NCBI GenBank assembly: GCA_029855935.1
Contig: JAGSHN010000025.1
Location: 147,135-211,134, forward strand
Source of the DNA: Candidatus Thorarchaeota archaeon
GTDB taxonomy: Archaea > Asgardarchaeota > Thorarchaeia > Thorarchaeales > Thorarchaeaceae
Direction: 5' to 3'
Length of the DNA stretch: 64,000 nt
The position numbers and the translations under genes were made by a program. The notes beneath the pieces were generated by a model. It worked only from the letters and a program-made list of their open reading frames with translations. It was not told the DNA's origin and did not search any database. Positions 33,247-42,378 of the stretch are shown piece by piece (positions within the stretch are counted from its first letter, which is position 1; every line of letters starts with the position of its first letter).

Positions 33247-34458
33247 TTGGACGCAAAGAGCTTGTACATCATAAAGAGAGAGAGTGGCGTGTGCCTTTAT
33301 CACCGCGACTTCAAGGAGCCTATGTTCGATCCACACCTCATATCCTCATTCATCGCTGCGATGACCTCTTTCTTCACGGAGTCAAACTACTCCGTGATGT
33401 CGACAGCACGTGCGTTCGAAGGGGCCGACTACAAGATCGTTCTAGAGTTTGGAGAGTGGACCGTCGGAGCGCTGGTTGTGAACAAGGACACTGAGGCGCT
33501 CCGCGAGAAACTCAGGGCAATCATCCAGGAGTTTGAGAAGCAGTTCTCCATTCTGCGCTACATTGACCTTGACCTTGCAGTCTACACCAGGTTTGAGAAG
33601 ACTGTGATGAGCGAGTTCATCTTCAACGAGATCACGCCAGAGACAATCATCCGCAAGAAGTTGAACTGGGACCTTATCACGGACAATCCCGACGTGAGGT
33701 CTTTCCTGCAGCTCCTGCCAGAGAAATGCTCCGTGAGGGACGCGGCTGAGTTTCTTGAGATGCCCGTGGAGGTTGCAATGAAGCTGACGGCTGAGGCCCT
33801 GTGGGAGAGAGCTATCACAGTCTCAGAGCCAGTCCGACCCGACGACATATTCTCAGCGACAGTGCGCGGCCTCATAGGCGGGCAGACGGATGACGTTTCT
33901 CCGGACACCGCCCGTGCCATCAGGGAGCTCGATGGTGAGACACCTCTGGCCATCGCGGCAGAGAGGGTGAAGACTTCTGATCTTCAGAGGTTCCTCGAGG
34001 AGGTCGCAATGCTCGCACGCCGGAGAGCCATTGAGAGAGTCTCGCCATCGCAGACAGCCATGATACTGTGGACCTCTCTCATTCAGCAGCTGCTCAACAT
34101 CGGTGCCAAGATTCTTGGTACTGAGAGAACAGCCCGCGTGTTCACCGAGGCGCGTCGCGAACTGCTGGGCGTCTATCCGTGGCTGGCCTTTGTAGACCTT
34201 GAGAGAGAAGTCGATGTCGACATTCGAAGTGGCCTGATTGCCTCTGCTGTGAAGGGAGAGATCTCACCAGTGATAGTCAATGACGGGTTCAGGGCATTGA
34301 CGCAGTTCTTCACAAAGCGGCTGAGTAGGTATGTGAATATGAAACGGGTCAATGAGGCTATTCTCACCGTGAAGGACACAATGGAGAAGGAATTTCCGAC
34401 ACGGTGCTACGACATCGAGTGGGAACTCCTCAAGGTGAGCGAGGAGTCCGTCATCTAA
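33247..34458 (+). CDS. Longin-like domain protein with C-terminal winged-helix repeats
   Basis: LYIIKRESGVCLY...DPHLISSFIAAM, a longin-type N-terminus homologous to the cytoplasmic domain of 47958..53264. TTG start with a GGAGG RBS. Confidence 0.65.
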   Translation: MDAKSLYIIKRESGVCLYHRDFKEPMFDPHLISSFIAAMTSFFTESNYSVMSTARAFEGADYKIVLEFGEWTVGALVVNKDTEALREKLRAIIQEFEKQFSILRYIDLDLAVYTRFEKTVMSEFIFNEITPETIIRKKLNWDLITDNPDVRSFLQLLPEKCSVRDAAEFLEMPVEVAMKLTAEALWERAITVSEPVRPDDIFSATVRGLIGGQTDDVSPDTARAIRELDGETPLAIAAERVKTSDLQRFLEEVAMLARRRAIERVSPSQTAMILWTSLIQQLLNIGAKILGTERTARVFTEARRELLGVYPWLAFVDLEREVDVDIRSGLIASAVKGEISPVIVNDGFRALTQFFTKRLSRYVNMKRVNEAILTVKDTMEKEFPTRCYDIEWELLKVSEESVI

Positions 34459-34579
34459 ATCGTAAGTGTCATATCCCACAATGCGCTTGAGACGTCTGTC
34501 TCTTCACACCTAGGGGGCCCAGAGCCTGACTGAGAGAAGAACTCCACAAGTCATCGCCTACGTCGCAATTGCCATCATC

Positions 34580-35290
34580 GTGCCAGTTGTGGGCGGGCTC
34601 CTCCAAATGACCGGGCTCACCAGCGTGCTCCTCCTCTTGATAATCGTTCTTGGCCCGGCCATCGCCACCATAACAGGGGCTCTCGGAATAAGGAGATATG
34701 CACGAGGAGGGTTCGTCGGACACGATCAGTTCACCGCAATGAATCTACTCGTTGCACTGGGCGTCGGTGTACTGGTACTCCCTGAGATCCTTGCCTCAAT
34801 CATCACTATCGTGCCCTCAGCGACAAGTGACGTGATGGTTGTCATGTTGCTTCAGTTCCCGGGCGTTATCCTGTGGACACTTGGAACGATGAGCTACTAC
34901 AGTGCTGCCATTAGCGCCCTGAAACGTCGTAGCGTCCGTGGGGACATAGCGACGATGATTGTTGTGGCAGCGATCGTGACTGTGACTCCTACTTGGCTAT
35001 CTGTCGACTCTCCTGCGTCAAGAGATGTCATTCGAGCACTGGCCTACTTTCCCACAACAACAGCACTCGGTGCCACAGTCATTGCACTGGCTGCTCTTGC
35101 ATGGTCATTCAGAGGGGGGAGGATTGGAATCTTCATCATTGTCCTCTTGGCCGGCATGATAGTCTATCTGGTCCAGAGCCTGATGTGGGGGGCGCTCGGC
35201 ATACTCCCAACAGACATCATCACACGTCTTCTCTCAGTCGAGGCATACGTTCTGCTGGGGCTAACACAGAGCATCGAGGAGACTCTCTGA
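34580..35290 (+). CDS. Multi-pass membrane protein of unknown function
   Basis: About 7 hydrophobic segments; fills the gap between neighbouring genes. Confidence 0.6.
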   Translation: MPVVGGLLQMTGLTSVLLLLIIVLGPAIATITGALGIRRYARGGFVGHDQFTAMNLLVALGVGVLVLPEILASIITIVPSATSDVMVVMLLQFPGVILWTLGTMSYYSAAISALKRRSVRGDIATMIVVAAIVTVTPTWLSVDSPASRDVIRALAYFPTTTALGATVIALAALAWSFRGGRIGIFIIVLLAGMIVYLVQSLMWGALGILPTDIITRLLSVEAYVLLGLTQSIEETL

Positions 35291-35295
35291 CCGAC

Positions 35296-37275
35296 CTAGT
35301 GGGACGGAGGACCGCGACCACGTCCGGTGCCGCGCATTGGTGGACCTCCAGCATGTCCTCTGCGAGCACCAAGGCGATGTGGAGATACGGGCGGGCCACC
35401 TGGGCCGTGCTCGACCGCTGCCTCTCGCTGAACCTCCTGTTGAGCCACCTCCACGACCTCCTCACTGATCTCCTCTACACCCTGATGCGCATAGTACGTG
35501 TCGTACAGGCGCTTGAAGATTCCGCCCGCGGCCAGTAGCTCCTCGACCGTTCCCTGCTCCACCAGACGGCCGTGGTCAAAGACAAAGATCCGTGAGGCAT
35601 TGACAATCGTTGTCAGCCTATGAGCAATGACCACCGTGGTCCTTCCTGCAAACAGGCGCTGTTGCGCCTCCTGAACCAGTGCCTCGCTGTACGCATCGAG
35701 ACGACTTGTGGCCTCATCAAGAATCAGTATGCGCGGGTTGGCAAGCATCGTCCTTGCAATGGTAATCATCTGCCTTTGACCAGCGCTCAGGTTCTTCCCG
35801 TTCTCCACAACGCGAGTGTTGTAGCCGTCAGCCAGCACTTCAATGAACTCGTCAGCACCTATGAGGCGACACAGCTCGACAATCTCCTCGTCCGTGGCGT
35901 CCTCGCGGCCATAGCGGATATTCTCGATTATTGTGCCGTCGAACAGATATGGCTCCTGCGAGACGAGCGACACAACCCTGTGAAGAGACTCCAGGGTCAC
36001 GTGCCTTATGTCCTGATCGCCGATGAGGACGCGCCCCTCCTGCGGGTCGTAGAACCTGTTTATCAGAGCGGCCACAGTGGTCTTGCCCGCGCCCGTGTGA
36101 CCCACAAGCGCGACCGTCTCACCGGGCATCACCCTGAAGCTCACGTCCTTCAGAACCTCAGTTCCCTCAACGTAGGAGAAGGTCACGTGGTCAAAGGCTA
36201 TCCCGTCGCTGTCCTCGCGGAGTGGTACGGCATCAGGAAGGTCTCTGACGGAGGGCTTCGCCTCCAAGACATCCGAAACACGGTCCATCGCAGCAAGCGA
36301 CGCCTGCACCTGGGATGCCATCATCGTGAGCATCAGTAGCGGCCAGAGGAACTGTCGCGTCAGCATAATGCCCATGAAGACCTCACCAAGCGTCATCACC
36401 GGAGCAGCGCCCACAGCAAGAGAACCACCAACAAAGAGGAGTGCAGCAATGACGAGAGAGCCAATGCCACGCATCAGGGGCTGCATCGATGTCATCAGGA
36501 CCATCATTCTCTTGCCGTAGTTGTACGCCTTCTGGTTGAGGCGACAGAGAGTCTCAGCAAGCTCCTTCTCACGATTGAATGACTTTGCGACGTGTATGCC
36601 GCTGAGCGACTCGGCAATCTGTCCAGAGACCTGTCCGGTGGCCCTCTGTGAGGCGAGCATAAACTTCTGACCGACCGTGCCAAACAACAGTGCTATGAGC
36701 GCAATACCCGGTACGATGAGCAGGGATGTCAGAGCGACCATCTCTGAGGTGATCCAGAGAAGCGTGAACGACACTGCCAGCATCAGTACCTGCCCCGCAA
36801 AGTCTATGATCATCTGCACACCTGTTGCCAGAGACACTGTGTCAGATGTGACACGCGAGGTGACGTTGCCGCTCTGTTCCCTCTTGTGATAGAGCAGGTC
36901 GGCGTCGACCAGATGGTCGTAGACATCCTGTTGGACCGACTGGACGAACCCCGCCTGCGCACCTGACAGTATCCACGTGTAGGCGCCCATCAGTGCCCAC
37001 GCTGCAACGCGTAATCCGATATACAGCAGTGTCAGAAACACAACACCGTCCAACGCGCCACCGTAGAAGGCGAGGTCTATGCCACGTGCTATCACAAGAG
37101 GCGATACTGCGCTCATCACTGTGGCCAATAGTGACAGGACCGCACCGACAGCCACTATTCTCTTGAATGGACCGAAGTATCCAAACATCCGTCTCAGCAG
37201 GACTCGCACTGGGCGGCTCGGCTTCTGACGCCTCATCGCAAGGGCCCGTGGACCACCGTGACCTCTCATTGCCAT
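35296..37275 (-). CDS. ABC exporter half-transporter (TMD plus NBD), heterodimer subunit
   Basis: GHTGAGKT, LSAGQRQ, ILDEATS and IAHRL motifs. Confidence 0.93.
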   Translation of the reverse strand: MAMRGHGGPRALAMRRQKPSRPVRVLLRRMFGYFGPFKRIVAVGAVLSLLATVMSAVSPLVIARGIDLAFYGGALDGVVFLTLLYIGLRVAAWALMGAYTWILSGAQAGFVQSVQQDVYDHLVDADLLYHKREQSGNVTSRVTSDTVSLATGVQMIIDFAGQVLMLAVSFTLLWITSEMVALTSLLIVPGIALIALLFGTVGQKFMLASQRATGQVSGQIAESLSGIHVAKSFNREKELAETLCRLNQKAYNYGKRMMVLMTSMQPLMRGIGSLVIAALLFVGGSLAVGAAPVMTLGEVFMGIMLTRQFLWPLLMLTMMASQVQASLAAMDRVSDVLEAKPSVRDLPDAVPLREDSDGIAFDHVTFSYVEGTEVLKDVSFRVMPGETVALVGHTGAGKTTVAALINRFYDPQEGRVLIGDQDIRHVTLESLHRVVSLVSQEPYLFDGTIIENIRYGREDATDEEIVELCRLIGADEFIEVLADGYNTRVVENGKNLSAGQRQMITIARTMLANPRILILDEATSRLDAYSEALVQEAQQRLFAGRTTVVIAHRLTTIVNASRIFVFDHGRLVEQGTVEELLAAGGIFKRLYDTYYAHQGVEEISEEVVEVAQQEVQREAAVEHGPGGPPVSPHRLGARRGHAGGPPMRGTGRGRGPPSH

Positions 37276-37276
37276 C

Positions 37277-39130
37277 TTACAGTGCACCTCCTGATACACT
37301 GGCTCCCGCCAGCAGTCGCTCAGCACCAGGCAGACGCTCGAAGATTCGCCGGTAGTGCTCCGACGTCTCCACGAGCTCACTGTGAGGACCGACTGCGACA
37401 ACTCGTCCGCGGTCAACAATGACTATGAGATCCGACTCCAGGAGGGTGCGCAGTCGCTGTGTGACCGTGATACTAGTGCGCCCCTCCATCACCTTGTCGA
37501 GAGCCTTTCGCAGATAGTACTCCGTCTGAGCGTCAACAGCACTGACGGAATCGTCGAGAAGGAGAATCTTCGGGTCCTGAATGATAGCACGTGCGATGGC
37601 AAGGCGCTGACGCTGACCACCGCTCAGTGTCATCCCTCTCTCACCAATGACCGTGTTGTAACTCTCAGGGAGCTGAACGATAAACTCGTGGGCCTGAGCC
37701 TGCTTCGCTGCCTCCACTATCTCCTCGTCGGTCGCGTCGGGCCGTCCGAACGCGATATTCTCTCGTATCGTCCCCCGGAACAGAAAGATGTCCTGTTCGA
37801 CCAGTGCCACAGCATCCCTGACCCTCTTTGTGCTGACGCGCCTCAGGTCTACACCACCAATCCTTATGCACCCCTCCGTCGGGTCATAGAAGCGCAACAA
37901 GAGCTTGAGGATTGTACTCTTCCCGCCCCCGGGGCCACCTATCAGGGCCACCCGTGAGCCCCCGGGGATTCGGACTGTTATGTCCCGAAGGGCGTAGTGA
38001 TTGTTCTTTGTATTGGGGTATCTAAAGCTCACATGGTCAAAGACTATGTCGCCAAGCCAGTCAACCTCAGGCTCGTCCTCCTCGTGAGGCTCGATGAGAG
38101 GATCTTCCCAGTTCAGAATGTCCACAATCCGCTGAGCATTGACGTACCCGCCGCGCAGCATCAGCAACATTCGTGGCAGCTGAAAGTTGAGAAACTCAAG
38201 AGATAGTATTAGACCCAGGATTGACACGAGAGAGCCCACGGTCATCCTTCCAAGCAGCACTGCATACGCACCATAGGCAAACGCAGCAGCGACCATAGAG
38301 ATGAATATCAACACAGGGAGGTAGAAGGCCGCCAGTCGCCCCTCCCGTGCCACAAGCTGTGCATATTTCGTGCTGACGTTCCTGAACTTCTTCTTCTCTC
38401 GCTCCTCAGCGCCGAATGCCCTCACCACCTCGATACCAGTGAACACTCCCTGAGCAACTGACGTCAGCTGCTCCATCCACTCCGATCGAGCGCGCCTCAC
38501 AGGCTCAATTGTCTTGGCGTACCTGTAGGCAAAAAACAGGTAGAGCGGAGAGCCTATGCCAAGAATGAGCGTGATCATTGGCAGGTTGACTCCCCAGACC
38601 GTCACAATGCCAAGAACCTCAGGGCTCGTGTCATAGGGAATGAGCAGAATGATTGTGACGGCCATCGAAGATAGGCCAGCCACGACGTTTCTCAGAGCAG
38701 GATTGATGGAAAAGCGGACCCAGCTGATGTCCTGCATCGCCACAGAGAGCAGCCTCTTGCTGTCAATGGAATCGTGAAACGCCATACTGAAGTCCTGGAG
38801 ACGCTCAACAAAGTCCTGTCGGGCATCTCGTTCCCATCTGAGTGTGACGATTGCCCAAGAATAGCCGACGAGAAAGTAGGAGAGCATATAGACGATAGAG
38901 ATCACCACTATCAGCTCGGTGAGGCTGATGAACTCTGGCGACAGTCCTGAGGCCACAAGGACATCCATGGCATCACCCACCAGAACGTTGGGGATGGTGA
39001 GCAGATAGGACGACACGAATGTCAGTAGCGTGGCACCGACTATCACAGCCTTGTTGCGGAGCAAGCTGCTGAGCATATATCTCGTGGCCGTTGCACGATG
39101 GCTGGCAGCACCGTTCTCGCTTCTTGACAC
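37277..39130 (-). CDS. ABC exporter half-transporter (TMD plus NBD), degenerate-site subunit
   Basis: GGPGGGKS and LSGGQRQ; Walker B LLLDDS and switch TQR are non-canonical. Confidence 0.93.
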   Translation of the reverse strand: MSRSENGAASHRATATRYMLSSLLRNKAVIVGATLLTFVSSYLLTIPNVLVGDAMDVLVASGLSPEFISLTELIVVISIVYMLSYFLVGYSWAIVTLRWERDARQDFVERLQDFSMAFHDSIDSKRLLSVAMQDISWVRFSINPALRNVVAGLSSMAVTIILLIPYDTSPEVLGIVTVWGVNLPMITLILGIGSPLYLFFAYRYAKTIEPVRRARSEWMEQLTSVAQGVFTGIEVVRAFGAEEREKKKFRNVSTKYAQLVAREGRLAAFYLPVLIFISMVAAAFAYGAYAVLLGRMTVGSLVSILGLILSLEFLNFQLPRMLLMLRGGYVNAQRIVDILNWEDPLIEPHEEDEPEVDWLGDIVFDHVSFRYPNTKNNHYALRDITVRIPGGSRVALIGGPGGGKSTILKLLLRFYDPTEGCIRIGGVDLRRVSTKRVRDAVALVEQDIFLFRGTIRENIAFGRPDATDEEIVEAAKQAQAHEFIVQLPESYNTVIGERGMTLSGGQRQRLAIARAIIQDPKILLLDDSVSAVDAQTEYYLRKALDKVMEGRTSITVTQRLRTLLESDLIVIVDRGRVVAVGPHSELVETSEHYRRIFERLPGAERLLAGASVSGGAL

Positions 39131-39131
39131 C

Positions 39132-39683
39132 TCAATCGACCTCCACGTCTACGCCGCTCTCAAGCCGTTTGAGAATCTCGTCAATCCTCTCACGTGCCGT
39201 CCTGAGATATCTGACAAGACGTTCTCTGTCACGTGCGCGAAGCTCGTCCGTCAGCGAACCGACGCAGTCGATGAGAGTGACCAGCGCATCCCGATAGAGG
39301 GAGACTTGATCACGCGGGTCGAGAATGAGGCCCCATATCCGGGGCAACATCTTCGCCTTGCTCCTGAACATCCGCTGATGGACCCTGTAGGCCGAGAGCG
39401 TCTGCCGACCAAGGTCTGTCAGGCGGTAGGTCTTCGTCCGTCCCTCGCGTGCGACAGCCTCAATCCATCCCAGTTCCTCCATCTGGGAGAGAAGAGGATA
39501 GATTGACCCCGGACTGGGACGCCACGCACCTCCGCTCTGCTGTTCGAGCGTGTCCATGATGTCCATTCCCGACATCTCATTGTCACGTAGGAGACGTGCA
39601 ATGGCGAGCTTGAGCAGCCCGCGTGGAATCGAATGCAGACGGATGTGCTCCGACCTGCCTCTCTGGGTCGACCCTGCGCACAT
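39132..39683 (-). CDS. PadR-family transcriptional regulator
   Basis: WRPSPGSIYPLL and YRLTDLG motifs; first gene of the ABC operon. Confidence 0.92.
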   Translation of the reverse strand: MCAGSTQRGRSEHIRLHSIPRGLLKLAIARLLRDNEMSGMDIMDTLEQQSGGAWRPSPGSIYPLLSQMEELGWIEAVAREGRTKTYRLTDLGRQTLSAYRVHQRMFRSKAKMLPRIWGLILDPRDQVSLYRDALVTLIDCVGSLTDELRARDRERLVRYLRTARERIDEILKRLESGVDVEVD

Positions 39684-39699
39684 ATCATCAACTCATCTC

Positions 39700-39742
39700 A
39701 TATCGAATACGATATTTGAATCGATATCGAATGCGATATAAA
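39700..39742 (-). promoter_or_regulatory. Two palindromic operators ATATCG-N4-CGATAT overlapping the padR promoter
   Basis: ATATCGAATACGATAT (39700-39715) and ATATCGAATGCGATAT (39724-39739); minus-strand TTTATA at 39737-39742. Confidence 0.75.
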
Positions 39743-39858
39743 TGAATCGGCGGCTGCAACGGGGCCGAAGAGCACTCTGGAGCAAGCAGCCCGATGCGAC
39801 TGACCCTCACGACAAGCTTGATAAGAAGACATCAGAGGGTTGCAGAGAACACCGGAGG

Positions 39859-41706
39859 ATGTCACCTTTGGGCGAGAAGGCCAAGGTCAAGGAGACGGTG
39901 CGGCTCTATACGAAGTTATGGCAGTTGCCCTCCTTCGCGGGCATAGTGGCACGACTCGCTATGGCCCTCCTCGTGGTCAGTGTCCCCATCGCCATCATCA
40001 AGACGTTCCCAAGTCTTGGTCTTGAGACTGCGAACGCATTTGCAGAGTATTGTCTCCTCTTTGCGATCCCCATTGGTGTTGGGGTGGGCGGCCTCTACCT
40101 GACGGTACGACAGCCGGGCTCGCCGCTTGACCTCCGGAGGACGACAGGAGCATCTCTCGTAGCCTTTGCAGTCTGGCTCATCCTCTCTGCGATAGGTGTG
40201 GTCGTGGATGCTGCTGCAGGAACGCAGTACTTCGAGAGCAGGCTCGTCCTGGCAGGGATGGCGCTGTCGTTCTTTGCTCTGAGTTTCTTGGTCACGGGGC
40301 TCAGCACTCTGCATCCGCTGCGGCACTTTGTCGGGACCCTCTTTGCACCAGCCCTTCTGCTACTCATGTATGTGGCAGTGACGTGGACCTATGTGCAGCA
40401 GCCGTCCGCCACGAGTGACATCGTGCTCGTCGCGCTGGTCGTGGTGGGAGCAATGTCCGTGCGTCACATCTTCCGCTCTGTGTCAATGCCGTTTGAGAGA
40501 GACCTTGGTATCAATGGTCCCGCTCTCCTCAGGGCGTTCGGTTACTCCTATCTGGTCGACAACCCGCGACCGTTCGAAGAGATAATGACCCAGATTGCCG
40601 AGCAACAGGATGTCCCGATAGAGGTCATCGTGATTCGAGATGCCGACGGCCTCAAGGCGATAGGGGCAATACTGTACGTCCATCCGGGACCGTTCAGAAA
40701 CATTGGTAGCAGTGCTCTTCCGGCAACCCTGATTGAACATCTGGAGGACAAGTACGGTGTCACCGCGTTCGTCCTCCACGGGACCTGCACGCATCACCAG
40801 AACCTCACAACAAAGGAGGACTATGGTCCGGTCCTCAAGGAGCTTGATAGGCTGATCGACGAGGCTAGGACGACTGATCTCGCCTCTGGTCCGCACTGGT
40901 CGAACAATGGTCGGTTCAAGGCATGGACGCTCTTTGTAGATGATGACGTGCTTGTGATCACAACGAGTGCACCACACTACACCGATGACATTGCCCTTGA
41001 GGTGGGCAAGAGGGCGGCAATGGCCGTACGTGACAGGAACCCCGGGATCAGAAACGTGGCGATAGTTGATGCACACAATAGCATCGGCCATGACGCGGTC
41101 TCAGTGATGCCCGACGACCCTGATGCAGAGGAGTATGTCGGGACCGTGGCCGGAGCCGTGTTTGCGACTGCCAGTGCCGAGAAGGGCCCGGTGTCCGTTG
41201 GGGTCTACAGGACCGTGCCTGAGGGGCTTGGTATCCCTGATGGCATAGGTCCTGGTGGCATCGCTGTGATCGTGATCAGATCCTCGGTGGGCGAGACCGC
41301 TATCGTGTCTGTGGACGGCAACAACGTAGAGCCCGGATTCAGGGAGGAGGTGATCAGCCTCTTGAGAGGACAGGGATTTGACCAAGTGGAGATAACCACG
41401 ACAGACACGCACATCGTGAATGCAGTCTCACTATCTCACAGCGGATACCCACCAGTGGGTCGCGAACGACGAGAGGATGTCCTGGAGGCAATAGGGGTGG
41501 CTGCTGTAAAGGCCAGAGAACGTGTCACGGAGGCGGAGATGGGGCTGGCATTCGGTGAGGTGAGGGGCATCAGGACGTTCGGGGAGAGAGGTTTTGACAC
41601 GTTGACACAGGATGTCGCCGAGGCAACAGAGATTGCCAAGAGAGTAGGACTGAGGACGTCTGGCCTGTTTGCGCTGTTCACTCTATTGCTCTCACTTCTG
41701 CTGTAG
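39859..41706 (+). CDS. DUF2070 family archaeal membrane protein
   Basis: About 6 N-terminal TM helices, then HPGPF, HGTCTH, DAHN, DGNN and TTDTH motifs. Confidence 0.85.
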   Translation: MSPLGEKAKVKETVRLYTKLWQLPSFAGIVARLAMALLVVSVPIAIIKTFPSLGLETANAFAEYCLLFAIPIGVGVGGLYLTVRQPGSPLDLRRTTGASLVAFAVWLILSAIGVVVDAAAGTQYFESRLVLAGMALSFFALSFLVTGLSTLHPLRHFVGTLFAPALLLLMYVAVTWTYVQQPSATSDIVLVALVVVGAMSVRHIFRSVSMPFERDLGINGPALLRAFGYSYLVDNPRPFEEIMTQIAEQQDVPIEVIVIRDADGLKAIGAILYVHPGPFRNIGSSALPATLIEHLEDKYGVTAFVLHGTCTHHQNLTTKEDYGPVLKELDRLIDEARTTDLASGPHWSNNGRFKAWTLFVDDDVLVITTSAPHYTDDIALEVGKRAAMAVRDRNPGIRNVAIVDAHNSIGHDAVSVMPDDPDAEEYVGTVAGAVFATASAEKGPVSVGVYRTVPEGLGIPDGIGPGGIAVIVIRSSVGETAIVSVDGNNVEPGFREEVISLLRGQGFDQVEITTTDTHIVNAVSLSHSGYPPVGRERREDVLEAIGVAAVKARERVTEAEMGLAFGEVRGIRTFGERGFDTLTQDVAEATEIAKRVGLRTSGLFALFTLLLSLLL

Positions 41707-41764
41707 GACCAGATGGAACGACTTATTCGGTACAAGGGCTACTCTGACGAGATGTGGATGTGAT

Positions 41765-42352
41765 ATGTCCCGGAAGAGGTTCCTTGTCTGCATCACTGGA
41801 GCAAGCGGCGCGGTGTACGGCCTCAGGACTGTGAGAGCACTGCGAGAGCAGGGCCACTCTGTTCATCTTGTTGTGACTAGGTGGGGCGCCAAGACCCTAG
41901 AGTACGAGACTGGAGTGACTGCGTCGGAGCTTGCGAGAGAGGTCGAGAGAGTCTATGATGAGGACGACCTCTCAGCACCTCCTGCCTCGGGCAGCTTCCG
42001 TCCTGACGGGGTGGTGGTCGTGCCCTGCTCGATGAAGACCCTATCCGCTGTCGCCGCCGGTCTTGCAGACAACCTCGTTGTCAGAGCAGCAGACTGTACG
42101 CTCAAGGAACGACGACCGCTCATCCTCGTCGTGAGGGAGATGCCCTACAACCTCGTTCACCTGAGGAACATGGTCAGTGCCGCAGAGGCGGGGGCGATGG
42201 TCCTACCTGCGAGTCCGGCGTTCTGGCACAGGCCTAGGACGATAGACGACCTCGTGGACTCCGTCGTGGACAGGATACTGGCCCTGCTCAATGCCGGCAG
42301 CCTGCTGAATGCCACGTGGGGGGAAGGCGGGTACACGCTCGGTCAGGAATAA
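41765..42352 (+). CDS. ubiX: Flavin prenyltransferase
   Basis: ITGASG, SGS, PCSMKTL, RAADCTLKERR, REMP and PASPAF motifs. Confidence 0.93.
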   Translation: MSRKRFLVCITGASGAVYGLRTVRALREQGHSVHLVVTRWGAKTLEYETGVTASELAREVERVYDEDDLSAPPASGSFRPDGVVVVPCSMKTLSAVAAGLADNLVVRAADCTLKERRPLILVVREMPYNLVHLRNMVSAAEAGAMVLPASPAFWHRPRTIDDLVDSVVDRILALLNAGSLLNATWGEGGYTLGQE

Positions 42353-42378
42353 GCAGAGACGTGAGCGGCCGGGATAGC

